A stretch of 64,000 bases of DNA, taken from positions 7,192,001 to 7,256,000 of the forward strand of contig OZ024744.1 in the NCBI GenBank assembly GCA_964016885.1, read 5' to 3'. The notes beneath the pieces were generated by a model, which worked only from the letters and a program-made list of their open reading frames with translations, was not told the origin of the DNA and ran no database searches. Numbering within the stretch: position 1 is the first letter of the stretch; every line of letters starts with the position of its first letter. Positions 1-17,100 of the stretch are shown here, piece by piece. The position numbers were made by a program, and so were the translations under genes. This DNA is from Eledone cirrhosa (Eukaryota).

Positions 1-3000
1 ATTTTATGATGTCAGGTGTATATATAATTGTTTGATGTCACATGTATATATTGTTGGTTGATGTCACATGTATATACAAATGTTTGATGTCAGGTATATA
101 TATAATTGTTTGAGGTCAGGTATATATATAATTGTTTGATGTCACATGTATATATAATTGTTTGATGTCACATGTATATATAATTGTTTGATGTCAGATC
201 TATATATAATTGTTTGATGTCAGGTGTATATATAATTGTTTGATGTCACATGTATATATAATTGTATGATGTCACATGTTTATATAATTGTTTGATGTCA
301 GGTGTATATATAATTGTTTGATGTCACATGTATATATAATGGTCTGATGCCAGGTGTACATATAATTGTTTGATATCAGGTGTATACATAATTGTTTGAT
401 GACAGGTGTATATATAATTGTTTGATGTCACATGTATATATAATTGTTTGATGCCAGGTGTATATTTAATTCTTTGATGTCACATGTATATATAATTGTT
501 TGATCTCAGGTGTATATATAATTGTATGATGTCTGGTGTATATATAATTGTTTGAGGACAGGTGTATATATAATTGTTTGATGTCAGGTGTATATATAAT
601 TGTTTGATGTCACATGTATATATAATTGTTTGATGTCAGGTATATATATTATTGTTTGATGTCAGGTATATATATAATTGTTTGATGTCATGTGTATATA
701 TAATTGTTTGATGTCACATGTATATATAATTGTTTGATGTCAGGTGTATATATAATTTTTTGATGTCATATGCATATATAATTGTTTGATGTCACATGTA
801 TATATAATTGTTTGATGTCAGGTGTATATATAATTGTTTGATGTCAGGTGTATATATAATTGTTTGATGTCACATGTATATATAATTGTTTGATGTCAGG
901 TGTATATATAATTGTTTGATGTCAGGTGTATATATAATTGTCTGATGTCAGATGTATATATAATTGTTTGATGTCAGGTGTATATATAATTGTTTGATGT
1001 CACATGTATATATAATTGTATGATGTCACATGTTTATATAATTGTATGATGTCACATGTATATATAATGGTCTGATGCCAGGTGTACATATAATTGTTTG
1101 ATATCAGGTGTATACATAATTGTTTGATGACAGGTGTATATATAATTGTTTGATGTCACATGTATATATAATTGTTTGATGCCAGGTGTATATTTAATTC
1201 TTTGATGTCACATGTATATATAATTGTTTGATCTCAGGTGTATATATAATTGTATGATATCTGGTGTATATATAATTGTTTGAGGACAGGTGTATATATA
1301 ATTGTTTGATGTCAGGTGTATATATAATTGTTTGATGTCACATGTATATATAATTGTTTGATGTCAGGTGTATATATAATTGTTTGATGTCACATGTATA
1401 TATAATTGTTTGATGTCAGGTGTATATATAATTGTTTGATGTCACGTGTATATATAATTGTTTGATGTCACATGTATATATAATTGTTTGATATCAGGTG
1501 TATATATAATTGTTTGATGTCACATGTATATATAATTGTTTGATGTCAGGTGTATATATAATTGTTTGATGTCACGTGTATATATAATTGTTTGATGTCA
1601 CATGTATATATAATTATTTCATGACAGGTGTATATATAATTGTTTGATGTCAGGTGTATATATCATTGTTTGATGTCAGGTGTATATATAATTGTTTGAT
1701 GTCACATGTATATATAATTGTTTGATGTCAGGTGTATATATAATTGTATGATGTCTCATGTATATATAATTGTTTGATGTCAGGTGTATATATAATTGTT
1801 TGATGTCACATGTATATATAATTGTTTGATGCCAGGTGTATATATAATTGTTTGATGCCAGGTGTATATATACTTGTTTGATTTCACATGTATATATAAT
1901 TGTTTGATGTCAGGTGTAATATAATTGTTTGATATCAGGTGTATATATAATTGTTTGATGTCAGATGTATATATAATTGTTTGATGTCACATGTATATAT
2001 AATAGTATGATGTCAGGTGTATATATAATTGTTTGATGTCACATGTATATATAATTGTTTGATGTCAGGTGTATATATAATTGTTTGATGTCACATGTAT
2101 ATATAATTGTTTGATGCCAGGTGTGTATATAATAGTTTGATGTCACATGTATATATGATTGTTTGATGCCAGGTGTATATAGAATTGTTTGATGCCACAT
2201 GTATATATAATTGTTTGATGTCAGGTGTATATATAATTGATTGATGTCAGGTGTATATATAATTTTTCAATCTCAGGTGTATATATAATTGTTTGATGTC
2301 ACATGTATATATAATTGTATGATGTCAGGTGTATATATAATTGTTTGATGTCAGGTGTATATATAATTGTTTGATGTCAGGTGTATATATAATTATTTGA
2401 TATCAGGTGTATATATAATTGTTTGATGTCACATGTATATATAATTGTTTGATGTCAGGTGTATATATAATTGTATGATGTCTGGTGTATATATAATTTT
2501 TTGATGTCACATGTATATATAATTGTTCTTTGTCAGGTGTATATATAATTGTTTGATGTCAGGTGTATATATAATTGTTTGATGTCAGGTGTATATATAA
2601 TTGTTTGATGTCAGGTGTATATATAATTGTTTGATGACAGGTGTATATATAATTGTTTGATGCCACATGTATATATAATTGTATGATGTCTCATGTATAT
2701 ATAATTGTTTGATGTCAGGTGTATATATAATTGTTTGATGTCACATGTATAAATAATTGTTTGATGCTAGGTGTATATATAATTGTTTGATGCCAGGTGT
2801 ATATATAATTGTTTGATGTCACATGTATATATAATTGTTTGATGCCAGCTGTATATATAATTGTTTGATGCCACATGTATATATAATTGTTTGATGTCAC
2901 GTATATATATAATGTGTTGATGTCACATGTATATATAATTGTTTGATGTTACATGTATGTACAATTGTTTGATGTCAGGTGTATATATAATTTTATGATG

Positions 3001-3369
3001 TCAGGTGTATATATAATTGTTTGATGTCACATGTATATATTATTGGTTGATGTCACATGTGTATACAAATGTTTGATGTCAGGTATATATATAATTGTTT
3101 GAGGTCAGGTATATATATAATTGTTTGATGTCACATGTATATATAATTGTTTGATGTCACATGTATATATAATTGTTTGATGTCAGGTGTATATATAATT
3201 GTTTGATGTCAGGTGTATATATAATTTTTTGATGTCAGATGCATATATAATTGTTTGATGTCAAATGTATATATAATTGTTTGATGTCAGGTGTATATAT
3301 AATTGTTTGATGTCAGGTGTATATATAATTGTTTGATGTCAGATGTATAATTAATTGTTTGATGTCAGG

Positions 3370-6300
3370 TGTATATATAATTGTTTAATGTCAGGTGTAT
3401 ATATAATTGTTTGATGTCAGGTGTATATATAATTGTTTGATGTCACATGTATATATAATTGTTTGATGTCAGGTGTATATATAATTGTTTAATGTCAGGT
3501 GTATATATAATTGTTTGATGTCAGATGTATATATAATTGTTTGATGTCAGGTGTATATATAATTGTTTGATGTCACATGTATATATAATTGTATGATGTC
3601 ACATGTTTATATAATTGTTTGATGCCAGGTGTACATATAATTGTTTGATATCAGGTGTATACAGAATTGTTTGATGACAGGTGTATATTTAATTCTTTGA
3701 TGTCACATGTATATATAATTGTTTGATCTCAGGTGTATATATAATTGTATGATGTCTGGTGTATATATAATTGTTTGAGGACAGGTGTATATATAATTGT
3801 TTGATGTCAGGTGTATATATAATTGTTTGATGTCACATGTATATATAATTGTTTGATATCAGGTGTATATATAATTGTTTGATGTCACATGTATATATAA
3901 TTGTTTGATGTCAGGTGTATATATAATTGTTTGATGTCATGTGTATATATAATTGTTTGATGTCACATGTATATATAATTCTTTCATGTCAGGTGTATAT
4001 ATAATTGTTTGATGTCAGGTGTATATATAATTGTTTGATGTCAGGTGTATATATAATTGATTGATGTCAGATGTAATATAATTGTTTGATATCAGGTGTA
4101 TATATAATTGTTTGATGTCAGATGTATATATAATTGTTTGATGTCAAATGTATATATAATAGTATGATGTCAGGTGTATATATAATTGTTTGATGTCACA
4201 TGTATATATAATTGTTTGATGTCAGGTGTATATATAATTGTTTGATGTCACATGTATATATAATTGTTTGATGCCAGGTGTATATATAATTGTTTGATGC
4301 CAGGTGTGTATATAATAGTTTGATATCACATGTATATATGATTGTTTGATGCCAGGTGTATATAGAATTGTTTGATGCCACATGTATATATAATTGTTTG
4401 ATGTCAGGTGTATATATAATTGTTTGATGTCAGGTGTATATATAATTGTTTGATGTCAGGTGTATATATAATTATTTGATGTCAGGTGTATATATAATTG
4501 TTTGATGTCACATGTATATATAATTGTTTGATGTCAGGTGTATATATAATTGTATGATGTCTGGTGTATATATAATTTTTTGATGTCACATGTATATATA
4601 ATTGTTCTTTGTCAGGTGTATATATAATTGTTTGATGTCAGGTGTATATATAATTGTTTGATGTCAGGTGTATATATAATTGTTTGATGTCAGGTGTATA
4701 TATAATTGTTTGATGACAGGTGTATATATAATTGTTTGATGCCACATGTATATATAATTGTTTGATGCCAGGTGTACATATAATTGTTTGATATCAGGTG
4801 TATACATAATTGTTTGATGACAGGTGTATATTTAATTCTTTGATGTCACATGTATATATAATTGTTTGATCTCAGGTGTATATATAATTGTATGATGTCT
4901 GGTGTATATATAATTGTTTGAGGACAGGTGTATATATAATTGTTTGATGTCAGGTGTATATATAATTGTTTGATGTCACATGTATATATAATTGTTTGAT
5001 ATCAGGTGTATATATAATTGTTTGATGTCACATGTATATATAATTGTTTGATGTCAGGTGTATATATAATTGTTTAATGTCAGGTGTATATATAATTGTT
5101 TGATGTCAGGTGTATATATAATTGTTTGATGTCACATGTATATATAATTGTTTGATGTCAGGTGTATATATAATTGTTTAATGTCAGGTGTATATATAAT
5201 TGTTTGATGTCAGATGTATATATAATTGTTTGATGTCAGGTGTATATATAATTGTTTGATGTCACATGTATATATAATTGTATGATGTCACATGTTTATA
5301 TAATTGTTTGATGCCAGGTGTACATATAATTGTTTGATATCAGGTGTATACAGAATTGTTTGATGACAGGTGTATATTTAATTCTTTGATGTCACATGTA
5401 TATATAATTGTTTGATCTCAGGTGTATATATAATTGTATGATGTCTGGTGTATATATAATTGTTTGAGGACAGGTGTATATATAATTGTTTGATGTCAGG
5501 TGTATATATAATTGTTTGATGTCACATGTATATATAATTGTTTGATATCAGGTGTATATATAATTGTTTGATGTCACATGTATATAATTGTTTGATGTCA
5601 GGTGTATATATAATTGTTTGATGTCATGTGTATATATAATTGTTTGATGTCACATGTATATATAATTCTTTCATGTCAGGTGTATATATAATTGTTTGAT
5701 GTCAGGTGTATATATAATTGTTTGATGTCAGGTGTATATATAATTGATTGATGTCAGATGTAATATAATTGTTTGATATCAGGTGTATATATAATTGTTT
5801 GATGTCAGATGTATATATAATTGTTTGATGTCAAATGTATATATAATAGTATGATGTCAGGTGTATATATAATTGTTTGATGTCACATGTATATATAATT
5901 GTTTGATGTCAGGTGTATATATAATTGTTTGATGTCACATGTATATATAATTGTTTGATGCCAGGTGTATATATAATTGTTTGATGCCAGGTGTGTATAT
6001 AATAGTTTGATATCACATGTATATATGATTGTTTGATGCCAGGTGTATATAGAATTGTTTGATGCCACATGTATATATAATTGTTTGATGTCAGGTGTAT
6101 ATATAATTGTTTGATGTCAGGTGTATATATAATTGTTTGATGTCAGGTGTATATATAATTATTTGATGTCAGGTGTATATATAATTGTTTGATGTCACAT
6201 GTATATATAATTGTTTGATGTCAGGTGTATATATAATTGTATGATGTCTGGTGTATATATAATTTTTTGATGTCACATGTATATATAATTGTTCTTTGTC

Positions 6301-7500
6301 AGGTGTATATATAATTGTTTGATGTCAGGTGTATATATAATTGTTTGATGTCAGGTGTATATATAATTGTTTGATGTCAGGTGTATATATAATTGTTTGA
6401 TGACAGGTGTATATATAATTGTTTGATGCCACATGTATATATAATTGTTTGATGCCAGGTGTACATATAATTGTTTGATATCAGGTGTATACATAATTGT
6501 TTGATGACAGGTGTATATTTAATTCTTTGATGTCACATGTATATATAATTGTTTGATCTCAGGTGTATATATAATTGTATGATGTCTGGTGTATATATAA
6601 TTGTTTGAGGACAGGTGTATATATAATTGTTTGATGTCAGGTGTATATATAATTGTTTGATGTCACATGTATATATAATTGTTTGATATCAGGTGTATAT
6701 ATAATTGTTTGATGTCACATGTATATATAATTGTTTGATGTCAGGTGTATATATAATTGTTTGATGTCATGTGTATATATAATTGTTTGATGTCACATGT
6801 ATATATAATTCTTTCATGTCAGGTGTATATATAATTGTTTGATGTCAGGTGTATATATAATTGTTTGATGTCAGGTGTATATATAATTGATTGATGTCAG
6901 ATGTAATATAATTGTTTGATATCAGGTGTATATATAATTGTTTGATGTCAGATGTATATATAATTGTTTGATGTCAAATGTATATATAATAGTATGATGT
7001 CAGGTGTATATATAATTGTTTGATGTCACATGTATATATAATTGTTTGATGTCAGGTGTATATATAATTGTTTGATGTCACATGTATATATAATTGTTTG
7101 ATGCCAGGTGTATATATAATTGTTTGATGCCAGGTGTGTATATAATAGTTTGATATCACATGTATATATGATTGTTTGATGCCAGGTGTATATAGAATTG
7201 TTTGATGCCACATGTATATATAATTGTTTGATGTCAGGTGTATATATAATTGTTTGATGTCAGGTGTATATATAATTGTTTGATGTCAGGTGTATATATA
7301 ATTATTTGATGTCAGGTGTATATATAATTGTTTGATGTCACATGTATATATAATTGTTTGATGTCAGGTGTATATATAATTGTATGATGTCTGGTGTATA
7401 TATAATTTTTTGATGTCACATGTATATATAATTGTTCTTTGTCAGGTGTATATATAATTGTTTGATGTCAGGTGTATATATAATTGTTTGATGTCAGGTG
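3370..7500 (+). repeat. Nested tandem duplications: 44-monomer (1143 bp) unit inside a 65-monomer (1687-1689 bp) duplication
   Basis: Identical pseudo-ORFs at 4196, 5883 and 7026 (spacings 1687 and 1143). Private marker ACAGAATT at 3661 and 5350. Marker CTTTCATGTC at 3981, ~5668 and 6811. Marker GTCAAATG at ~4143, ~5830 and ~6973. Confidence 0.8.
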
Positions 7501-10500
7501 TATATATAATTGTTTGATGTCACATGTATATATAATTGTTTGATGACAGGTGTATATATAATTGTTTGATGCTACATGTATATATAATTGTATGATGTCT
7601 CATGTATATATAATTGTTTGATGTCAGGTGTATATATAATTGTTTGATGTCACATGTATATATAATTGTTTGATGCCAGGTGTATATATAATTGTTTGAT
7701 GCCAGGTGTATATATAATTGTTTGATGTCACATGTATATATAATTGTTTGATGCCAGCTGTATATATAATTGTTTGATGCCACATGTATATATAATTGTT
7801 TGATGTCACGTGTATATATAATGTGTTGATGTCACATGTATATATAATTGTTTGATGTTACATGTATATACAATTGTTTGATGTCAGGTGTATATATAAT
7901 TGTATGATGTCAGGTGTATATATAATTGTTTGATGTCACATGTGTATATTATTGGTTGATGTCACATGTATATACAATTGTTTGATGTCAGGTATATATA
8001 TAATTGTTTGAGGTCAGGTATATATATAATTGTTTGATGTCACATGTATATATAATTGTTTGATGCCAGGTGTATATTTAATTCTTTGATGTCACATGTA
8101 TATATAATTGTTTGATCTCAGGTGTATATATAATTGTATGATGTCTGGTGTATATATAATTGTTTGAGGACATGTGTATATATAATTGTTTGATGTCAGG
8201 TGTATATATAATTGTTTGATGTCACATGTATATATAATTGTTTGATGTCAGGTGTATATATAATTGTCTGATGTCACATGTATATATAATTGTTTGATGT
8301 CAGGTGTATATATAATTGTTTGATGTCACGTGTATATATAATTGTTTGATGTCACATTTATATATAATTGTTTGATATCAGGTGTATATATAATTGTTTG
8401 ATGTCACATGTATATATAATTGTTTGATGTCAGGTGTATATATAATTGTTTGATGTCACGTGTATATATAATTGTTTGATGTCACATGTATATATAATTG
8501 TATGATGTCACATGTTTATATAATTGTTTGATGCCAGGTGTACATATAATTGTTTGATATCAGGTGTATACATAATTGTTTGATGACAGGTGTATATTTA
8601 ATTCTTTGATGTCACATGTATATATAATTGTTTGATCTCAGGTGTATATATAATTGTATGATGTCTGGTGTATATATAATTGTTTGAGGACAGGTGTATA
8701 TATAATTGTTTGATGTCAGGTGTATATATAATTGTTTGATGTCACATGTATATATAATTGTTTGATATCAGGTGTATATATAATTGTTTGATGTCACATG
8801 TATATATAATTGTTTGATGTCAGGTGTATATATAATTGTTTGATGTCATGTGTATATATAATTGTTTGATGTCACAGGTATATATAATTCTTTCATGTCA
8901 GGTGTATATATAATTGTTTGATGTCAGGTGTATATATAATTGTTTGATGTCAGGTGTATATATAATTGATTGATGTCAGATGTAATATAATTGTTTGATA
9001 TCAGGTGTATATATAATTGTTTGATGTCAGATGTATATATAATTGTTTGATGTCACATGTATATATAATAGTATGATGTCAGGTGTATATATAATTGTTT
9101 GATGTCACATGTATATATAATTGTTTGATGTCAGGTGTATATATAATTGTTTGATGTCACATGTATATATAATTGTTTGATGCCAGGTGTATATATAATT
9201 GTTTCATGCCAGGTGTGTATATAATAGTTTGATATCACATGTATATATGATTGTTTGATGCCAGGTGTATATAGAATTGTTTGATGCCACATGTATATAT
9301 AATTGTTTGATGTCAGGTGTATATATAATTGTTTGATGTCAGGTGTATATATAATTGTTTGATGTCAGGTGTATATATAATTATTTGATGTCAGGTGTAT
9401 ATATAATTGTTTGATGTCACATGTATATATAATTGTTTGATGTCAGATGTATATATAATTGTATGATGTCTGGTGTATATATAATTTTTTGATGTCACAT
9501 GTATATATAATTGTTCTTTGTCAGGTGTATATATAATTGTTTGATGTCAGGTGTATATATAATTGTTTGATGTCAGGTGTATATATAATTGTTTGATGTC
9601 ACATGTATATATAATTGTTTGATGACAGGTGTATATATAATTGTTTGATGCCACATGTATATATAATTGTATGATGTCTCATGTATATATAATTGTTTGA
9701 TGTCAGGTGTATATATAATTGTTTGATGTCACATGTATATATAATTGTTTGATGCCAGGTGTATATATAATTGTTTGATGCCAGGTGTATATATAATTGT
9801 TTGATGTCACATGTATATATAATTGTTTGATGCCAGCTGTATATATAATTGTTTGATGCCACATGTATATTTAATTGTTTGATGTCACGTGTATATATAA
9901 TGTGTTGATGTCACATGTATATATAATTGTTTGATGTTACATGTATATACAATTGTTTGATGTCAGGTGTATATATAATTGTATGATGTCAGGTGTATAT
10001 ATAATTGTTTGATGTCACATTTGTATATTATTGGTTGATGTCACATGTATATACAATTGTTTGATGTCAGGTATATATATAATTGTTTGAGGTCAGGTAT
10101 ATATATAATTGTTTGATGTCACATGTATATATAATTGTTTGATGCCAGGTGTATATTTAATTCTTTGATGTCACATGTATATATAATTGTTTGATCTCAG
10201 GTGTATATATAATTGTATGATGTCTGGTGTATATATAATTGTTTGAGGACTTGTGTATATATAATTGTTTGATGTCAGGTGTATATATAATTGTTTGATG
10301 TCACATGTATATATAATTGTTTGATGTCAGGTGTATATATAATTGTCTGATGTCACATGTATATATAATTGTTTGATGTCAGGTGTATATATAATTGTTT
10401 GATGTCACGTGTATATATAATTGTTTGATGTCACATGTATATATAATTGTTTGATATCAGGTGTATATATAATTGTTTGATGTCACATGTATATATAATT

Positions 10501-13500
10501 GTTTGATGTCAGGTGTATATATAATTGTTTGATGTCACGTGTATATATAATTGTTTGATGTCACATGTATATATAATTATTTCATGTCAGGTGTATATAT
10601 AATTGTTTGATGTCAGGTGTATATATCATTGTTTGATGTCAGGTGTATATATAATTGTTTGATGTCACATGTATATATAACTGTTTGATGTCAGGTGTAT
10701 ATATGATTGTTTGATGCCAGGTGTATATATACTTGTTTGATTTCACATGTATATATAATTGTTTGATGTCAGGTGTAATATAATTGTTTGATATCAGGTG
10801 TATATATAATTGTTTGATGTCAGATGTATATATAATTGTTTGATGTCACATGTATATATAATAGTATGATGTCAGGTGTATATATAATTGTTTGATGTCA
10901 CATGTATATATAATTGTTTGATGTCAGGTGTATATATAATTGTTTGATGTCACATGTATATATAAATGTTTGATGCCAGGTGTGTATATAATAGTTTGAT
11001 GTCACATGTATATATGATTGTTTGATGCCAGGTGTATATAGAATTGTTTGATGCCACATGTATATATAATTGTTTGATGTCAGGTGTATATATAATTGAT
11101 TGATGTCAGGTGTATATATAATTTTTCAATCTCAGGTGTATATATAATTGTTTGATGTCACATGTATATATAATTGTATGATGTCAGGTGTATATATAAT
11201 TGTTTGATGTCAGGTGTATATATAATTGTTTGATGTCACATGTATATATAATTGTTTGATGTCAGGTGTATATATAATTGTATGATGTCTGGTGTATATA
11301 TAATTTTTTGATGTCACATGTATATATAATTGTTCTTTGTCAGGTGTATATATAATTGTTTGATGTCAGGTGTATATATAATTGTTTGATGTCAGGTGTA
11401 TATATAATTGTTTGATGTCAGGTGTATATATAATTGTTTGATGACAGGTGTATATATAATTGTTTGATGCCACATGTATATATAATTGTATGATGTCTCA
11501 TGTATATATAATTGTTTGATGTCAGGTGTATATATAATTGTTTGATGTCACATGTATATATAATTGTTTGATGCCAGGTGTATATATAATTGTTTGATGC
11601 CAGGTGTATATATAATTGTTTGATGTCACATGTATATATAATTGTTTGATGCCAGCTGTATATATAATTGTTTGATGCCACATGTATATATAATTGTTTG
11701 ATGTCACGTATATATATAATGTGTTGATGTCACATGTATATATAATTGTTTGATGTTACATGTATGTACAATTGTTTGATGTCAGGTGTATATATAATTT
11801 TATGATGTCAGGTGTATATATAATTGTTTGATGTCACATGTATATATTATTGGTTGATGTCACATGTATATACAAATGTTTGATGTCAGGTATATATATA
11901 ATTGTTTGATGTCAGGTGTATATATAATTGTTTGATGTCAGGTGTATATATAATTTTTTGATGTCAGATGCATATATAATTGTTTGATGTCACATGTATA
12001 TATAATTGTTTGATGTCAGGTGTATATATAATTGTTTGATGTCAGGTGTATATATAATTGTTTGATGTCAGATGTATAATTAATTGTTTGATGTCAGGTG
12101 TATATATAATTGTTTAATGTCAGGTGTATATATAATTGTTTGATGTCAGGTGTATATATAATTGTTTGATGTCACATGTATATATAATTGTTTGATGTCA
12201 GGTGTATATATAATTGTTTGATGTCAGGTGTATATATAATTGTCTGATGTCAGATGTATATATAATTGTTTGATGTCAGGTGTATATATAATTGTTTGAT
12301 GTCACATGTATATATAATTGTATGATGTCACATGTTTATATAATTGTTTGATGTCAGGTGTATATATAATTGTTTGATGTCACATGTATATATAATGGTC
12401 TGATGCCAGGTGTACATATAATTGTTTGATATCAGGTGTATACATAATTGTTTGATGACAGGTGTATATATAATTGTTTGATGTCACATGTATATATAAT
12501 TGTTTGATGCCAGGTGTATATTTAATTCTTTGATGTCACATGTATATATAATTGTTTGATCTCAGGTGTATATATAATTGTATGATGTCTGGTGTATATA
12601 TAATTGTTTGAGGACAGGTGTATATATAATTGTTTGATGTCAGGTGTATATATAATTGTTTGATGTCAGGTGTATATATAATTGTTTGATGTCACGTGTA
12701 TATATAATTGTTTGATGTCACATGTATATATAATTATTTCATGTCAGGTGTATATATAATTGTTTGATGTCAGGTGTATATATAATTGTTTGATGTCAGG
12801 TGTATATATAATTGATTGATGTCAGATGTAATATAATTGTTTGATATCAGGTGTATATATAATTGTTTGATGTCACATGTATATATAATTGTATGATATC
12901 TCATGTATATATAATTGTTTGATTTCAGGTGTATATATAATTGTTTGATGTCAGATGTATATATAATTGTTTGATGTCACATGTATATATAATTGTTTGA
13001 TGTCAGGTGTATATATAATTGTTTGATGTCACATGTATATATAATTGTTTGATGCCAGGTGTATATATAATTGTTTGATGCCAGGTGTGTATATAATAGT
13101 TTGATATCACATGTATATATGATTGTTTGATGCCAGGTGTATATAGAATTGTTTGATGCCACATGTATATATAATTGTTTGATGTCAGGTGTATATATAA
13201 TTGATTGATGTCAGGTGTATATATAATTTTTCAATCTCAGGTGTATATATAATTGTTTGATGTCACATGTATATATAATTGTATGATGTCAGGTGTATAT
13301 ATAATTGTTTGATGTCAGGTGTATATATAATTGTTTGATGTCAGGTGTATATATAATTATTTGATGTCAGGTGTATATATAATTGTTTGATGTCACATGT
13401 ATATATAATTGTTTGATGTCAGGTGTATATATAATTGTATGATGTCTGGTGTATATATAATTTTTTGATGTCACATGTATATATAATTGTTCTTTGTCAG

Positions 13501-14139
13501 GTGTATATATAATTGTTTGATGTCAGGTGTATATATAATTGTTTGATGTCAGGTGTATATATAATTGTTTGATGTCAGGTGTATATATAATTGTTTGATG
13601 ACAGGTGTATATATAATTGTTTGATGCCACATGTATATATAATTGTATGATGTCTCATGTATATATAATTGTTTGATGTCAGGTGTATATATAATTGTTT
13701 GATGTCACATGTATATATAATTGTTTGATGCCAGGTGTATATATAATTGTTTGATGCCAGGTGTATATATAATTGTTTGATGTCACATGTATATATAATT
13801 GTTTGATGCCAGCTGTATATATAATTGTTTGATGCCACATGTATATATAATTGTTTGATGTCACGTGTATGTATAATGTGTTGATGTCACATGTATATAT
13901 AATTGTTTGATGTTACATGTATATACAATTGTTTGATGTCAGGTGTATATATAATTGTATGATGTCAGGTGTATATATAATTGTTTGATGTCACATGTAT
14001 ATATTATTGGTTGATGTCACATGTATATACAATTGTTTGATGTCAGGTATATATATAATTGTTTGAGGTCAGGTATATATATAATTGTTTGATGTCACAT
14101 GTATATATAATTGTTTGATGTCACATGTATATATAATTG

Positions 14140-17100
14140 TTTGATGTCAGATCTATATATAATTGTTTGATGTCAGGTGTATATATAATTGTTTGATGTC
14201 ACATGTATATATAATTGTTTGATGTCAGGTATATATATTATTGTTTGATGTCAGGTATATATATAATTGTTTGATGTCATGTGTATATATAATTGTTTGA
14301 TGTCAGATGTATATATAATTGTTTGATGTCAGGTGTATATATAATTGTTTGATGTCAGGTGTATATATAATTGTTTGATGTCAGGTGTATATATAATTAT
14401 TTGATATCAGGTGTATATATAATTGTTTGATGTCACATGTATATATAATTGTTTGATGTCAGATCTATATATAATTGTTTGATGTCAGGTGTATATATAA
14501 TTGTTTGATGTCACATGTATATATAATTGTTTGATGTCAGGTATATATATTATTGTTTGATGTCAGGTATATATATAATTGTTTGATGTCATGTGTATAT
14601 ATAATTGTTTGATGTCACATGTATATATAATTGTTTGATGTCAGGTGTATATATAATTGTTTGATGTCAGGTGTATATATAATTGTTTGATGTCAGGTGT
14701 ATATATAATTATTTGATATCAGGTGTATATATAATTGTTTGATGTCACATGTATATATAATTGTTTGATGTCAGGTGTATATATAGTTGTATGATGCCTG
14801 GTGTATATATAATTTTTTGATGTCACATGTATATATAATTGTTCTTTGTCAGGTGTATATATAATTGTTTGATGTCAGGTGTATATATAATTGTTTGATG
14901 TCGGGTGTATATATAATTGTTTGATGACAGGTGTATATATAATTGTTTGATGCCACATGTATATATAATTGTATGATGTATCATGTATATATAATTGTTT
15001 GATGTCAGGTGTATATATAATTGTTTGATGTCACATGTATATATAATTGTTTGATGCCAGGTGTATATATAATTGTTTGATGCCAGGTGTATATATAATT
15101 GTTTGATGTCACGTATATATATAATGTGTTGATGTCACATGTATATGTAATTGTTTGATGTTACATGTATGTACAATTGTTTGATGTCAGGTGTATATAT
15201 AATTTTATGATGTCAGGTGTATATATAATTGTTTGATGTCACATGTATATATTATTGGTTGATGTCACATGTATATACAAATGTTTGATGTCAGGTATAT
15301 ATATAATTGTTTGAGGTCAGGTATATATATAATTGTTTGATGTCAGATGCATATATAATTGTTTGATGTCACATGTATATATAATTGTTTGATGTCAGGT
15401 GTATATATAATTGTTTGATGTCAGGTGTATATATAATTGTTTGATGTCAGATGTATAATTAATTGTTTGATGTCAGGTGTATATATAATTGTTTAATGTC
15501 AGGTGTATATATAATTGTTTGATGTCAGGTGTATATATAATTGTTTGATGTCACATGTATATATAATTGTTTGATGTCAGGTGTATATATAATTGTTTGA
15601 TGTCAGGTGTATATATAATTGTCTGATGTCAGATGTATATATAATTGTTTGATGTCAGGTGTATATATAATTGTTTGATGTCACATGTATATATAATTGT
15701 ATGATGTCACATGTTTATATAATTGTTTGATGTCAGGTGTATATATAATTGTTTGATGTCACATGTATATATAATGGTCTGATGCCAGGTGTACATATAA
15801 TTGTTTGATATCAGGTGTATACATAATTGTTTGATGACAGGTGTATATATAATTGTTTGATGTCACATGTATATATAATTGTTTGATGCCAGGTGTATAT
15901 TTAATTCTTTGATGTCACATGTATATATAATTGTTTGATCTCAGGTGTATATATAATTGTATGATGTCTGGTGTATATATAATTGTTTGAGGACAGGTGT
16001 ATATATAATTGTTTGATGTCAGGTGTATATATAATTGTTTGATGTCACATGTATATATAATTGTTTGATGTCAGGTGTATATATAATTGTTTGATGTCAT
16101 ATGTATATATAATTGTTTGATGTCAGGTGTATATATAATTGTTAGATGTCACGTGTATATATAATTGTTTGATGTCACATGTATATATAATTGTTTGATA
16201 TCAGGTGTATATATAATTGTTTGATGTCACATGTATATATAATTGTTTGATGTCAGGTGTATATATAATTGTTTGATGTCACGTGTATATATAATTGTTT
16301 GATGTCACATGTATATATAATTATTTCATGTCAGGTGTATATATAATTGTTTGATGTCAGGTGTATATATAATTGTTTAATGTCAGGTGTATATATAATT
16401 GTTTGATGTCAGGTGTATATATAATTGTTTGATGTCACATGTATATATAATTGTTTGATGTCAGGTGTATATATAATTGTTTGATGTCAGGTGTATATAT
16501 AATTGTCTGATGTCAGATGTATATATAATTGTTTGATGTCAGGTGTATATATAATTGTTTGATGTCACATGTATATATAATTGTTTGATGCCAGGTGTAT
16601 ATATAATTGTTTGATGCCAGGAGTATATATACTTGTTTGATGTCACATGTATATATAATTGTTTGATGTCAGGTGTAATATAATTGTTTGATATCAGGTG
16701 TATATATAATTGTTTGATGTCAGATGTATATATAATTGTTTGATGTCACATGTATATATAATAGTATGATGTCAGGTGTATATATAATTGTTTGATGTCA
16801 CATGTATATATAATTGTTTGATGTCAGGTGTATATATAATTGTTTGATGTCACATGTATATATAATTGTTTGATGCCAGGTGTATATATAATTGTTTGAT
16901 GCCAGGTGTGTATATAATAGTTTGATATCACATGTATATATGATTGTTTGATGCCAGGTGTATATAGAATTGTTTGATGCCACATGTATATATAATTGTT
17001 TGATGTCAGGTGTATATATAATTGATTGATGTCAGGTGTATATATAATTTTTCAATCTCAGGTGTATATATAATTGTTTGATGTCACATGTATATATAAT

